A stretch of DNA of 64,000 bases. It comes from Eledone cirrhosa. Its lineage: Eukaryota. A program made the position numbers and the translations under genes. Positions 28,920 through 44,205 of the stretch are shown in pieces. The notes under the pieces are model-generated. The model did not search any database, was not told the DNA's origin, and saw nothing but the letters and a program-made list of their open reading frames with translations. The stretch spans positions 74,524,001-74,588,000 of the forward strand of contig OZ024747.1 in NCBI GenBank assembly GCA_964016885.1, given 5' to 3'. Each line of letters begins with the position of its first letter. Position 1 is the first letter of the stretch.

Positions 28920-29800
28920 TATATATATATATTATATATTATATATATATATTATATATATATATAATATATATATATTATATATATATTATATATATTA
29001 TATATATATGTATATATATATATTATATATATATATTATATACATATTATATATATATATAATATATATATTATATATATATATATGTTTTGTTTCGTGG
29101 ATATATATTTTTGCGTTTATTGATATTGTATATGATTGGTGTGAATTTTCCTTACCTTCTGCAGAAATACCAAGATTAGTTACAGAGTAACGGTTGACAG
29201 TTGACATTTGTTTTTGATGTTTACGACACACAATGAAATATCACCATGTTCTTGACATTTACTCTAAAGTTTAGATTAAAAGTTTAATGAAACTTGTCGA
29301 AATTATGATCACAGGATGTTAAGAAAGTGATCTGGTTATACAAGAAATAAGAGGGAGAAATATATATAGACAGACAGAGACAGAAACACACGGAGTGAGC
29401 CGGAAAGACAGAGGGGGAGATAGAAAGAGTAGAAGAAAGAGAAAAAGACAGAGAGAGACGGTTATTTTGTATTATTGTTATTGATTAGATGATTAAAATC
29501 AAAGTGAAATTATGGATAAATATGAAATAAAAAGAGGATCACATGGGAACTCTAGATTTCCGCTAAACATATCACAAATAATTAAACGTCTTTTAATGTA
29601 GTATTTTACCAGGCCACAGAAATCTATTTTATGCTAAAGATATTGGCATTTTGTAAAACCAAAAGCGTAAATAGGGCCCGTGGCGCCCACAGCAAATCAA
29701 CAACCAGCCTCCATAAAGTCAATGTTCTATGAAACCCTAATTCCTACTATGCAACTCAACCTCACAACTTGTAATTTTAAAGACGCATATTAAAGAGGTA

Positions 29801-29992
29801 CGAGGAGAGGTTGAAAGGTTCATGGACTGATTATGAAGCCGTGATGCTAGAGCTGTGAAATCTTGCATGCATTAATTACAACTCTTATTAATAACTGCAT
29901 TATTTCTTTCCAGGGATTACGTTGAAAAATAAACCTCATTTGGTCATTCCATGAGAGTATCTTGGTCAGCCTATGAACTTTTCCGCTGACTC
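29801..29992. mobile_element. Tc1/mariner-type MITE
   Basis: TA-CGAGGAGAGGTTGAAAGGTTCATGGACTGA ... TCAGCCTATGAACTTTTCCGCTGACTC-TA. Imperfect TIRs with TA flanks. Confidence 0.65.
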
Positions 29993-31047
29993 TAATATGC
30001 CAATATTTTAGGAAAGTCACACTTCAGCGATACTCCGCTGTCTCTCTAATAACCTACGAGAAGATTCTAACAGAGCTACCGTGCCATCAATAGTGAATTA
30101 TATTATAGTTTCTATGTAGTTTTAATGTTTTCATTTAATAATTTTTCCGGCTTTGTCGAAAGAGGAAAATATCTTGACCTTAGTAGAACATTTCAGCCGT
30201 TGTTTATTTTATCAAAGACTGAAAGTAGTTATATATAATACATATATAAAGCTAGGTGTAGAGCAGTTATATAATGTAAGATATCCATTATAAAGATATC
30301 CATTATAAATTATACATTTACATGCCAAACAATACGAGGAAGTAAATATTTAATTATATGAAGTTTCTGAATTGTAAATGTATGGCTGATGACTTGATTA
30401 GAAACCGTGAGCTAAAACTAAAGTAACTACATCGTGAAATATTTATTTTAGCTATTAAAAAAATGCATTTATCATTTGTTTTCTAGTGGCAAAATATACA
30501 TCGCACTGTTTGTGACCTGGTCACTAAAATTGAGTTAAAACATGGTTACTAACCAGATTTTATCAGCCTCGTATTTTTTGTTTTTTATATTTTATCACGT
30601 GTTGAAAACACACACATGCATACATATATGCGTGTGTGTGTTTAGATTTAGGGGTCCAAAGTGAATGATGGACAAATAAGATATATATAAATGAAGCACC
30701 AGATATATATAGTATAATTAAAATCTCATACACTCTGCATGTATTCGTGACCTTATATTTGGGGTCCAGTTATGGACACCACTGTATAGCGAAGGAGTCT
30801 ATTCAATACTGGTCTCTCATCGGACGCCAGGACACTACTTCGTCATTAAACAGAGGCCATACTAGGGTGTCACCTAAAAATAGATCATATTGAGCCCAGT
30901 ACTTCTTTGTCTTCAAGTCTGCTGCTTATTGTATGGAATATCTTTTTGTCGATTGGCTGGTTACCACACACACAAACACGCACACATACACACACACACA
31001 CATATATACACACACAAACACACACACACACATAGATACATACACAT

Positions 31048-31103
<56 letters not shown>

Positions 31104-31274
31104 ACACACACATACACACACACACACCCATAGACACACACACACACACACGCACGTTACGAGACAAACACAGACACACACTTTACGAGACATAAACACA
31201 CACGCACGGGTTACGAGAATAAACACACACACACACGTTACGACACAAACACACACACACTCGTTACGAGACAT

Positions 31275-31345
<71 letters not shown>

Positions 31346-31545
31346 CTGATTTCAAATTCAGCTGAAGTAAAATTTTACTTTCATATTTCCGAAGTCAATA
31401 AAATAAAGGAGAAATCAAGTAGATTAAATCGATTTACAAGTTAACCTTTTCTCAACAATTGATAGCCTTTTGCCTACATTAGAAATTATATTTAATGCAG
31501 ATAGCATTCCAAATAATTATGTAGTGAGGGGAAAAACACGATTAT

Positions 31546-31745
31546 GCACAAGGCCAACAAGTTGTGGGAGGGAAAAGTCGATTAAATTGACCCCAGTGTA
31601 TTACTGATACTTTATTTTATTGACCCCCGTAAGGAAGAAAAATAAAGCTAACCTCGACTGGATTTGAACTCATAACGTAAAGGGATGTAACTATATGTCA
31701 CAAAGCATGTTATCCGACGCTCTAATGTTACCGCCAATCTACCAG
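31546..31745 (-). mobile_element. tRNA-derived SINE (family 1)
   Basis: Shared body and GGATTTGAACTC (reverse complement of the B box). Confidence 0.8.
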
Positions 31746-32404
31746 CGCACCGGTCTGAGATAATGAACTACTGTCTCTACGGAAGTTTCCTCGCTCATGA
31801 CGGCACACGGTAAGTATAGCAGAGGTGGTTAGTTGTCCCTATTCTCTGGTCACCCGCGCAGCTACGAACTCCATTGGTTTTGCTACTCTGTAAGAAATAC
31901 AGTCTTCCAAAGATCTACAATTGGATTAGATGGATTGCAATGTACAGCCATCACAAGATTTAGAATTATAGGACATGGTCACTGTCGAATTCTATGGAAA
32001 ACCACGAGCATTTATTGCAAGAAACACCAGAAAACTTTGTCGATAGTATACTAAAATGTTTAAATCTAGTTTAGACAATTCGCTATTTTCTCTGTGAACA
32101 TTATTTCTATGGAGATTAATGACAAGGATAAGTTTTAGTGAAGAATAATATATATTTGTTAACATAGAAAAATATAAATGAAAATATGATAGTTTTATTA
32201 GATGCTGTCTGTCATATAAAATGTTTATATAGTAGAATTTTTACTTGTCTTCAAAAAAAAGTAAATCTTTCAATTAATCATAAGGAGAATAAGTCTGTTG
32301 TAGTATAATTCTCAGACAAGACAATTTTCCAGTAAACCAAGTTGGAACTATTCAATTCTTCTATCTGAAGAAAGAGAATGGAAGGTAATTATTTGTAATG
32401 TTAA

Positions 32405-32727
32405 AGCCCACTTCGGTCACGAATGACCATGGTTTTGCACCTAGAAAGTTCCCCTCCGAGGCACACGTCTGGGCAAGGTGTGTTTGTGGAAGACCAACAA
32501 TCACCCATGCTCCCCTCTCCATACAACCGATGTTGTCCAAGGAAAACGCAATGGCCTATACAGCTTGACATCAGTGACGTCTCAACTCATTTCTATACCT
32601 GAGTCAAGTGGAGGCACGTAAAATAAAGTGTCTTGCTCAAGACCCAACGCCCCACCCGTCCGGGATTCGAACTCACAACCTTACGATTGAAAGCTCAACA
32701 CACTAACCACTAAGTCAAGCGCCTTCA
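32405..32727 (-). mobile_element. tRNA-derived SINE (family 2) with a conserved-central-domain-like segment
   Basis: Minus strand: GGCGCTTGACTTAGTGGTTAG (A box)...GAGTTCGAATCCCGG (B box)...CTTGAGCAAGACACTTTATTT...GACTCAG...AAATGAGT. Confidence 0.75.
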
Positions 32728-33001
32728 CATTTATGGTATCTGTATTGTAATAAATATATCTTACTCTTTTATAGTGGAAACTATATTTCCATAAAAGAAG
32801 CTTGGAATATATGAAACCAGAGATAAATACCATCGTGATGCAGAGATAGGTGTGTCTTCTCTTTCATGGATATAATAAATATTCAAATCAAGCTGCTTTC
32901 TGTCAGGTCCATGCTTTGCCGTGTGTGTGTCTGTGTGGGTCTGTGTGTCTGTCTGTGTAGAACAATGACAACAAAACAAGTCAGAGATAGGTAGTAAATT
33001 A

Positions 33002-33143
33002 TTTTATTGTTTTACGATCGTTTCAGAGGGTCGATTGATGGCGGAATATTGATGTATCGACTACCATGGTAGTGGTTACGTCACTACCTCTTCCTTCTCC
33101 CGAAATTCCTGTTCGATCGAGCGTCTTTCTCAGAAACACTAAA
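33002..33143 (-). ncRNA. Hammerhead-like motif with a ~100-nt stem II region (G8A core, probably inactive)
   Basis: Minus strand: TTTAGTGTTT-CTGAGAA-AGACGCTCGATCGA...TCAATCGACCCTCT-GAAA-CGATCG-TA^-AAACAATAAA. Confidence 0.7.
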
Positions 33144-33183
33144 CAATGTTATCGGCCCCACCACAAGCAGGTGGAAAATGATG

Positions 33184-33236
<53 letters not shown>

Positions 33237-34063
33237 TCAATACGTAAATAAATATATATATGTATGCACACAACAAACATATACGTACTGGCATTTGAAT
33301 TACATATACATTGATTATTACCACAGACAAAAGCACACTCACTGACACACGCGCTCATACACACACATAAAAACATGCGTTTTGGTTTGTATTTCTCTGT
33401 GCGTATGTACACTATGTATATGTGTACAGTATGTATCTTTCTCTGTACAATATGTATATGTATGTATATGTGTACTGAAACTAGGCGCAAGTTGACGTAG
33501 ATTTATTTCTTGTAAGTCTCACTGAACACAAAACATTAAACGGTGGTCGAAAGCACAATTTAATGTTTTTTAGTATTCTAGGAGACGAAGAAATATCATA
33601 AAATTTTGGTTACTTAGCTCTTCATATGAATAATAGAAAATATTTAGAGTAGTGCTTCTAGTTTTCTATGAACTGAGCTGCTTATAAGATGAAAATTGTC
33701 TGAGATTTTCTAAGAAGATATTTATTCATATCTCAACTTCTTGTGTACGAAGACATCGGTTTATTTATATATTAAGATAGCGTGTTTTATCAGACAATAT
33801 TATCAACAAAAACTGCCACAGCTGAGTTGTTTGTCAGAACCCTTTGCATCTGAGGCTAATGATCGTGGAGACAGTGCTTTTTTATACTGTTTACTTAGGA
33901 AAGGAGGGGTAGTATCTCTGACTCTTTTTCAGCGCCCCCGAGACATGTTGGTGGGGGAAACGACGTATTCAGTCCAAGCTTCTTAAAACCAGATGTCTCA
34001 CACGAATGCCTGCAACAGAATGGACTCAGCTAAAAGCACTCCACGACCAAGAAGTGATGTTAA

Positions 34064-34180
34064 AATAATTGTTTCTCCTTTTTGACACAAGGCCAGCAAT
34101 TACCCAGTACATTACTGGTACTTTATTTTATCGACCCCGTAAGGATGAAAGGTAAAGTTAACCTCGGCGGGATTTGAACC
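34064..34180 (-). mobile_element. tRNA-derived SINE fragment (family 1, short variant)
   Basis: Shared body. Confidence 0.8.
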
Positions 34181-35059
34181 TAAATTAATGAAGTGAAAGT
34201 TGAACTCAACAAACTAAAGCAAATACAGCAAGACTAACGTTCTAACAATTCCGCTAATCAACCGACCTATTTTGACCCTGAAAGGATGAAAAACAAAGAT
34301 GACCTCAGTGAGAGCGCAGAATACCGGAACAAATATGTTGATGTCTCAGGAAAGTATCGTTCGTTGAACATATTTTACATGCTCATCCAACTGGCAGGTA
34401 ACACAGGAGTAGACCCCGAGCAAGATATTTGGCTAACATTTATGTGATTGGCTGGTCTCGCTTAGGGATTGAGCTGGATCAATGGGAGACAGTTGCTTCT
34501 GAAAGGACCCACTGGAAGGAGTGCTTTTAGGATTCTGCTCTCACCATCCTCTCAGGAATAATAAGACGAAAGAAGAAAGAAGTTTTTGTTGTTTTTGATA
34601 CAGCTCATATTTACGAAGGTTATGCCTATCTCTTAAGAAGTTTCTTGGATATTTTAGTAATAGTGGTCTTACTATCATTCCTCACCACAATTTGTCCAGT
34701 GACAAAAGGCAGGATATGAACTAAGTTACGAAAAGTCGGAACACATATCACTGTTCTTCCATCCAACGTTCTAGCAATTCCGCCTGTCTACTGTACTTTA
34801 TGTTATCGACCTTGGCAGGATTCGAATTCATAGCTTCAAAGAAAAGACCACGAACATATACGGCAAGGCATTCAATCTGACATTCTAATAGTATTTTTCG
34901 CTGCCATCATTGCTACATGCAGGATACTTCTATAACAGTGTGTGAGTCAGGGGTTCCGGTTTCTTTCTTATACTATATGCTGGGTCACGAATAGAGAATC
35001 TGCTTGTGCAAAGTGCATATATTATTTTATATATGAGAAATGCTGTCGGCAAAGTCAGT

Positions 35060-35330
35060 TTTCTAGATATAAGTAGCCAAGTTGACCTAATGACTCTAAA
35101 GATGAGGAAATTGCGTGAAGATCTCATAGAAATGTGTGAAATGATTAAACACCTAATGGATACAGTCGATAAAGATTATTTTGAATTCCATAATGTCATT
35201 GGTTGAAACGAAGAATGAAGCAATTCCGGCTGGACTAAAGAAAAAGAAGTTGTATTTAACACACAGGGTTATATTAAAGCAGAGTGTCCTTTGGAATGAA
35301 TATGCAAGAAATACTGATACCATAAATGGT
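35060..35330 (+). mobile_element. Degenerate CR1-clade LINE 3' fragment
   Basis: LMTLKMRKLREDLIEMCEMIK resembles the CR1 motif L.TLE.RRLRGDLIE.YKI; a WN-like segment follows. Confidence 0.55.
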
Positions 35331-35505
35331 TGAAGAAATATAGAAATATTCTATATTAGTAAAATGAATAAATAAGGGAAAACATAACAGGGAATCTTGC
35401 TCAAGTAATTGGTTGTGAAGACTTGCCAACGTCTTAATGGCTTCTGATATTTACATTTTTATTCCATCTCAGAAAGCTATTCCAAATTACAAACAAACAC
35501 ACACT

Positions 35506-35556
<51 letters not shown>

Positions 35557-35624
35557 ACAGATGCAAACATAGATATATTAATGTATATAAATATATATAA
35601 TAATAATATATAAATAAAGGATAA

Positions 35625-35911
35625 AGATCCCATAACTCCTTGTGGAGTCGTAGAGGCACCATCATACGGCGTGTCTAGGGTACTTTTAAGCCTGGTGGAG
35701 CCCAACCCTCTCCAGGTCTGAACACAGTCGATGTTTTTCTATAGAGGAAGGATCGACCCCAGTACTGGACTGGTATTTTTTTTATCAACTTCAAAAGGAT
35801 GAAAGGCAAAGTTGACCCCGCCGGGATTTGAACTCAGAGCGTGCAATGAGGTGGGACGAATAACGTAAAGCATTCAATCAGACATCTTAACGACTCTGCC
35901 AATTAGCCGCC
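35625..35911 (-). mobile_element. tRNA-derived SINE (family 1, long-tail subfamily)
   Basis: SINE head plus a ~130-nt tail shared with 47050-47359 and 53868-54000 (ATAACTCC..GGAGTCGTA...CTCTCCAGGTCTGAA). Confidence 0.8.
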
Positions 35912-36269
35912 TATATATCCTCATAATAATATATACAAAGACCAAAATCCAGAGAGGACTCGATAAGGGTTCTATATATAAACCTATATATATATATATA
36001 CGTAGCCAAACACATAAAAACATGTTTACATATATATAGATGTATATATACATATTCATACATACACACACACATAATATGCATACATATTTACACATAT
36101 GTATATTCAAACTCACATGACAACATTACATCACAACCATTTCACATCAATTGGCCCTACTCTCTTTACAATTATAATAAAACACATCAAGACAGAATAT
36201 TATCCCAGAAATGTCCAAATGTCCATGGACAAATCCAAGAACTTCCAGATAAACGTTTACAGTAGGATG

Positions 36270-37195
36270 TCTCCACCTTCTAATCTTATCCATTGCCCAT
36301 AGGTGAGACAGCAAGCAAAACTTCAGTCTGTTTCTCATCAAGGTTTGTATGTCTTCCTTGTCAATTCCAGAGTCTCTTGCTAAGGTATTCTGATATCTGT
36401 GTTTTCTGGTAGGGATCACCCACAATAAGAGTTCTGAAATCATATCTTTTGCGCAGAGGCAGTGACCAACAAACCAAAGAAATAGATAGAGAAAAACATT
36501 TTTAATTTAAATTGATTCTGAAATGATACTACAAATATGTACCAAAGTCTCCATGTCATCTTTAAAAGATTTAATTATACTGAAAATGTGTTCCGGACAT
36601 CCAAAGCTGACATGAATCTCCCACAGAGAAGCTCTGTTCACCGCATCAAAGGCTTTTGTTAAATCTACAAATAATGATACAGGTTCTGTTGTTGCTCGTA
36701 AGATTTTTATTAATTTGACGTGCTGTAAAGATCATATCAATCGTCCTTATTTTAGGCTAAAAGCCAAATTGTGATTCTAGTAAGATCAGGTTTGATGTAT
36801 TATCATTTAGTCTTGAAAGTATAAGTGAAGCAAGACTTTTCCCTGCAGCAGAGAAGAGCTATTCCTTCATAATTTCCTGATTCCTACTGCTGGCATTTGG
36901 TATAAAGGAATCGTTACTTCATCTTTCCAACCCTTTGGTACATCACCCTCTCACCATACTTCCAGAATTATTTCATGTTTGCTTTCTTCTAATCTTTCAC
37001 CGTCATATCTGAAAATATCTGCGAACAATACATCTTTCCCTGCAGTTTTAACTAAGTTTCTTCACACTAATACATACTTCATGGCTAGGGGAGGAAGTCG
37101 TTAAGAGAAAGAGATCTGTTGAATATTGTTAATGTTTTCGTCGACCTGAGAATGTTTATATAATATATCATTAAAATATTCCCGCCACCTCACCA
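36270..37195 (-). mobile_element. Degenerate RTE-clade LINE fragments
   Basis: Minus strand: LFVDLTKAFDAVNRE..LWEI..SFGCPEHIFSIIKSF (~36560-36675), and a C-terminal piece ELLLW..TLARDSGI..IQTLMRNR (~36330-36440). Confidence 0.75.
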
Positions 37196-37325
37196 TTGTG
37201 AGCCCAACACACTAACACCTACGCCACGTGACTTCTTCATGCACGCACACACATACAAATATGTGTGTGTGTGCCTGTGTGATATATATATATATTTATA
37301 TATGTGTGTGTGTGTCTGTGATATA

Positions 37326-37376
<51 letters not shown>

Positions 37377-38020
37377 GAATATATATTATATACATGAATA
37401 AATATATATTTATACGTGTGTGTGTGTGCCTTTGTGATATATGTATGTATATATACATGTCTATGTGTGTGTGTGTGTAGTGAGGGGGGGGAGGGATGTG
37501 AATGTTCTATAGGTACATACAGGAGATATTAGTGTGTCTACCAAGTAAATTATGAAAAAACAACCCCACTGTCTTTTTTCATCAAGCACAACTGGATGTA
37601 GTTCTGTGCTTGGTGATGATGACGATGATAGAGACGGGTGGTGCTGGTGGGAATTTTACAAGATGTTATGAGTGGGATTTAATATTGTAAATATTGTTGA
37701 GATCTGAGTCATTTATACTGTGTATTGTTTTCTCTTTTGTTTTGTTTTTTTTAATCTTCTATTGAAGAAAAAATAAACGTGACACGAAAAATAATGCTGC
37801 AGATGGTAACATTCCTCTCGCAGACATTTTATAGAATCTAGCTGAAAACGGCATTCTTCACACGGGTAAATAAGCCGAACACTTTTGGTTTAAATGTTAA
37901 GCTGTAAAAAGGATGTTGGCGATTTTCTTGATCATACATATGAGGGATTAGACATATGATCAAATACTTTCTAACCGTCTAGCTTTTCTCAGGCGAAGTC
38001 TATATTAAACTACATTATTA

Positions 38021-38715
38021 GTATCGGTAGAGGGTCGGACGCCATGCTTTGACGCATAGAGTTACGCCCCTTGCCATTCTGAGTTCAAATCCCGCCGAGG
38101 TTAACTTTGCCTTTCATCCTTACGGGGTCGATAAAATAAAGTACCAGTAATACACTGACTAATTGCTGGCCTTGTGCCAAAAGTAGAAACAATTATTTCA
38201 TCGTCTCTTTACGTTCTGAGTTCAAATCCCACCGAGGTTAGCTTCGCCTTTCATCCTTACGGGGTCGATAAAATAAAATACCAGTAATGCACTGGGGTCT
38301 ATTTAATCGACTTTCCCTTCCCCTAAATTGTTGGCCTGTGCCTAAAGTAGAAACCATTATTTCATCTGTATTTCCTTTCTTTCTGATGTTATTTGACGCC
38401 TGTGGGATGAGTTTATTTTTTAGGTATATTTGACTACTACTTCTAGCAGACTTTCTCATAAGACCACAGGTTTTATGGAAGATGGAGTTTCTTAATAGAC
38501 CCATGCATATAACTGGTATTTATTATTACGATCTTTGGCAGTATCGATAGAGAGTCGGACGCCATGTTTTCCAGCATAGTTACGTCCCTTTACAGACTGA
38601 GTTCAAATCCCGCCGCGGTTAACTTTACCTTTCATCCTTACGGTGTCGATAAAATAAAATACCAGTAATACACTGGGTAATTGTTAGCCTTGTGCCAAAA
38701 GTAGAAACAATTATT
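38021..38715 (+). mobile_element. Three tRNA-derived SINE copies (38021-38196, 38205-38360, 38536-38715)
   Basis: Each has GAGTTCAAATCCC and the shared body. Confidence 0.88.
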
Positions 38716-38849
38716 ACGATCTATTGAAGATACCTTAGTATGATTATTTGAAATGCTAAAAATAATATATAAATCTTCCTTAGATTCAACTGTCTTTTGT
38801 AAAAATAAAAAACATGAAACAAAAAGCTAAAACTTCCGCCATCGTTATG

Positions 38850-38960
38850 GCCCGTCAGTTCTGGGGGACCTTTGGTGCAGGACCTATGGATAATTTCCAG
38901 AAACCCATAATCTGGCTGTGCTACCGGGGACACAGCCAGTTCGGGATAAACATCAGAAAA
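38850..38960 (+). mobile_element. L1/Tx1 ORF2 fragment (region before the C-terminal zinc finger)
   Basis: FWGTFGAGPMDNFQKPIIWLCYRG, then a frameshift to PVRDK. Resembles the W..YR.ALPV start of zf-RVT. Confidence 0.5.
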
Positions 38961-40035
38961 TGTAGTTCCAAATACACAATACCTGACAAGACAAACATAT
39001 AACATAGTCTTTTTTCATTGCTTGCCATTTATTATAGATCTACTCCATTAGCAATGACCTACTGTTTAAAAATAACAATAACAAATATTTATATTCATCC
39101 CATCTATCCCTGAAGAATAAGAAGCAATTTCTACCTCAGGCAGAAATGTTTAGAACGTCGGGATTTGAAACTGAATATTATGAAATATTAATGTGACAGA
39201 CAACAAGCCTTAAGCTGTAATTTTAATGATGTGAGATTATAAAACATTATCGTAAAGTAGTGCAATTGTTATATTCCGTCTCTTAGAAAATGAGGCTAAA
39301 TGATGAGATTCCAGGTAAAAACGATGACTCGTTGATACAGGCATGCTATTGGAATATTATATTTGCTAATGCTATTGTAGAACTATAGAAAACATATTCA
39401 TCCTGCATGGAGTGGGTGTCTACTTTTTCTGGAGATTGGGAGTGTTAAGAAACGTTTCTGGACAGAGAGCTGTCATCAAAATTTTAAGTGACTTTTTATA
39501 TTCTATTGTTTTTTTAATAATAATAACTGTGCCGTTTAGTCTACATCTGTTGAGTAATTAACTGACTCAGTTTGAAGTTTGAATATCAAATGAAGATGTC
39601 GTGTAATGTAAAAGAGACTGGGGCGTTATCAGGGTGGGGAATGCAGTTTTAACGATAGGGCCAGATGAATTATAAAGAGAGAAATACATTGAGAAGGAAA
39701 GGGTGGGGTATAAAAAATGAGATAAAGAAGTGTGGAAAGTGAGGAAACACGTAAACGAAAGATAAAAAAAAAGATAGTAAGATAGAAGAGAGATAAAGAG
39801 AGAGATTGTAATTAAGAGAAAGAGAGAGAGGGGGAAGAGCGGGAGAGTAAAAGAGAGGGAGGAGAGAGAGGAAGAGAGAGAAAGAGAGAGAGAGGGGAAG
39901 ATGTTGAATAGACCGGTTACAGAAAACATTTTTATAATAATTTTAACGACAACAACAACAATCATAATCGGAACTCTAAATGAACTCATTGGTCTGAACA
40001 TAAAAACATGATGAAAAGGTGGAATATGGGGGGGG

Positions 40036-40290
40036 GGGGACAAAATAGGGACATCAATGACGACAACAACAACAATGACAGCAACAATAACGACAGCAAC
40101 GACAACAACAGCAACAACAGCAACGACGACAACAACATTAGCAACAACAACAGCAACAGCAACAACAACGACAACAACAACCACAACAACAACAACAACG
40201 ACAACAACAACAACAACGACGACAACAACAACGACAACAATGACAACAACAACAACTACATTGTTACTACAACTACTACGACTACTACAG
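40036..40290. repeat. (AAC/AGC/GAC)n triplet repeat
   Basis: Seen directly. Confidence 0.95.
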
Positions 40291-41661
40291 TTGCGACCGA
40301 TAGATAGTACTAACAATGGATAAACCAATGGAAAGATTGATTCCTTGGTCCGATTTGTGTGTGTGTGTGAGAGAGAGGGTCTATGTGTGTGTGTGTGTGT
40401 TTGATTGAGTGTCTATGTGTGTGTGTTATGTGAGTGTCTATGTGTGTGTATATGTAAAGGAGGGAAAGAGAGGGGGGGGGAGAAGAGCTGTTGTGAGACA
40501 CCCTGGGTGATTTAGTTGTTACTTTTTCTTCTATTGTTTTTCAGACTCCGTGTTTGGCGATATTGGTTCCGGCTTTCTGCTCTCGGAGTCGTTAAACTGC
40601 AGAGGTTAATCCTTTCGAATTCTTGAAAAAAAAGAGGTACCAACCCAGTAGAGGGGTCGATTCTTCCCTCTATATGTTTTATTCCCTTCCTCTCTATCAC
40701 ATCACGCTCTCTCTTTCTCTGTGACTCCACAAACCAAGCCCGGATACATCCACAATAACAATAGAAATAATAATCATATGATCTATGAACCCGTTAGGAA
40801 TTCAGCAATATAAGATATTGACGATGCTGAGTCACCTGGAAAATATAGGAGGAAATGGGTGGAGCGACGACGTAAAGCGTTTAGATTCACAACAGAATGA
40901 TAAACTAAGTGTTCATGTATTATTCAGTAGTTCCTTCTAATTAGCATACGGGGATACATACACGTATACAAGTTATGTCACCATAAATGTGTTTGCACAT
41001 ATAAAAATATAAACACACACACACACACACACATATATATAAACAAACTCATGTATATATATATGTATATATATATATATATATATAGGATAAAAGAGAA
41101 AACACAGGTAAGCATTAAAAAAAGGATTTTATTCAGGTATTTTCGACCGTTTCATTGGTAAGTGCAACCTTATATTGCTATACTGCAAATAGAAGGCACT
41201 CAATAATAATTGTTTTTCACGACCAAATTTTCAAAATAGTGAATAAGTTACTCTTAAAAAGTTCTTAATATATAGAAAAACATTTTTTGGAATAGTATTT
41301 ACTAGTATAGAGAGAGAGGAAGGAGGAGAGGAATTAGAAAGTAGATTGACAAACGGAGTAGTATAGAGAGAGAGGAAGGGGTAGAAGAATTAGGAAGTAG
41401 AGTGTCAAACTGAGATGGAGGGAGGGGTAGAACTGGAAGGATTCCTCGATCAGTTTTAATTCGTAGACATCAAGTCGTCGATTTACAGTGTAGGGAGTTA
41501 AAGAGAATTAAATTGTTTATAGTGGGAGGGATGGAGAGAGAAAGAGATTGAACGTGATTCTTACAAACTTGTGGAGTTACCCCTAACCGTACGTTGAAAG
41601 CGTCCATGGAACTGGATTTCTTAACCACGAACTGGATTACAATAAGCAATTTTCTGCTTCC

Positions 41662-41739
<78 letters not shown>

Positions 41740-41813
41740 ATACATACACACATATGTATGCCTATATATATATATATGCATGTATGTACGTATGTATAGG
41801 AGAGTCAGGGCTC

Positions 41814-41887
<74 letters not shown>

Positions 41888-43098
41888 AGTATCACTAACA
41901 TAGTGTGGTCCAAGATAAAGCTGTATAGGAAGAAATATACGAAATGTTTATGTATAAGTCTCGCTACGAATGTTTTAATTTCTGATCTTGTCACAGCCAT
42001 CCCAGTGACCGTGTGAGAATGCTAGACACTTGCCACTGGATTTCTGCCTGTCATCGGTGACGCTTGCTCACTTTGTATAGAGACATGAATAAGCTATAGC
42101 TTTTTTTGCGTATGAAACATCGACTAAAGATTCACATTTGCATCTAGTGTATATACAACATCGGCTGGAAATGTTCATTTGAACATAGTGTGACTTTGAC
42201 CGTCTAGGACCAATTAGCAGCAGTACTAATATAATATACCTCACAATAGGGCTGTATATAAAGGTTATGTGATAACGTGATATATTTGGTACAACAGAGA
42301 TAAGAGCCTGGCTAAGAATACCAGACACTTCCTTCTGGACTTCTATCCGTCATCAGTGACGTTATGTTAGTGCTGCTGCTAATTGGTCCCCTTGCTACAA
42401 TAGAATCATCTAAATTATCTGAAACTACACAGAAATATTCATAGAAAGGGTGACAAAGAAGCATATTTTTTATTCCGAACACAAAATAACTACACAAACA
42501 CTGTAGAAACTATGCTGTGGGACACTACATTCTATGAAGAAGCCAAAGATTATAGACTCCATAAAAGGATGAAACATACTTACTGATTTCCTGCAGGCAT
42601 AGCGGTATTGTGTAATCGGTAAGGAATTAGATTACTTTACCAATTTCAGTTATCAAACAAGTAACATCTTGGCGGTACCTAAAATACACAAAAATAAACT
42701 AATGAATGAAACAAGCGAAAAGCGAAGATCAATTGTATGAATGTAGACTCAGCAATTGTTTTATAACTAAAACCCATTATACCAGGTTCAATGAAGCCTC
42801 TCCTCAAACACATTCCGGGCTTCATACGAGATGATCTAGATATGCTCAACAATCTATCAAATAAGGTAAACGAAAACACCTACACATAAAATATATTCAA
42901 CACTCGCATAAATTAAAATGGTACCTTGAAAAGCTACCCATAGAAAAACCGGTTTTTATAAAAACTAATTAGATAACTATTTCTGCAAACCCACAGATAC
43001 ACATTTTAAAAACTACAATTTATTTTGGATGAAATCTGTTCTGTCCATTTCTATGTTCATATAAAAACAGATGCATTTTCAAATTCCTATTATTTTCC

Positions 43099-43215
<117 letters not shown>

Positions 43216-43615
43216 CTACTATATGCACATTTTTGGATGGGTGCTGGTGAGACCGATGCATGTGAGAATATGTAGTATGAATGTGAGTGATTTAATGTGT
43301 GTGTCTGTATGTTTGTAAAATATATATGAATTCTGAAATAAATAAGGATACATGTATATTTTCTTTCAAGAAGTTCTGTAAGAAAATCGATATAGAATGA
43401 TAAAGAAATTCTTTGAGGGCTGACGAGAAATATGGAGACTGAATCGACAATATGAAAACAAAACCAAACCAAAAACGATCATCCTGTATCTCTTATGTAA
43501 CAGATAATTGTAAAGTACGTGTATACATGTTTATATGTATTTATATATACACCCGTGGCAGAATGTCTAGCTCTCTCTCCTTCTCTCTCTCTATCTCTAT
43601 CTCTCTCTCTCTCTT

Positions 43616-43659
<44 letters not shown>

Positions 43660-44068
43660 CTTATATATGTACGCATGTAAGCAGGAACATAGTTAGATTT
43701 AATGTGTGTATAAGCAGATTTCTAGACAGAGTGGTGTTCACAAATGCAAATATGTATAACTATAAACTAGAGTTAGAAACCCACAGACACACATACATGC
43801 AAGCACAGGCACAAACGCTCGCACTCACCCACATATATCTCTCTTTCTCCCTGTATATATATATATATATATATATACATACGCGTAGATGTATATATAC
43901 ATACAAACATATATACACGTACATATATATATATACATTTTTTTATAGGATGTTGACCAACCCCGCTGTGTATTCAATTCTCCAATCAGTAAATAATGAT
44001 GCAATTAGATTCAAGACCTCAACATCATGTGGATCCTTCCAAATGCGATTTGGTCATCCATATAATGA

Positions 44069-44112
<44 letters not shown>

Positions 44113-44119
44113 ATATATA

Positions 44120-44165
44120 CTTTGGTGCGTTATGGTCCACCTGGTTCCTTACCACATTTCCTTCG

Positions 44166-44205
<40 letters not shown>

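Noticed and set aside
32640-32727. Possible tRNA gene (also 51543-51619)
   Set aside because: A and B boxes are present but there is no complete cloverleaf, and they are embedded in SINE or MITE bodies.
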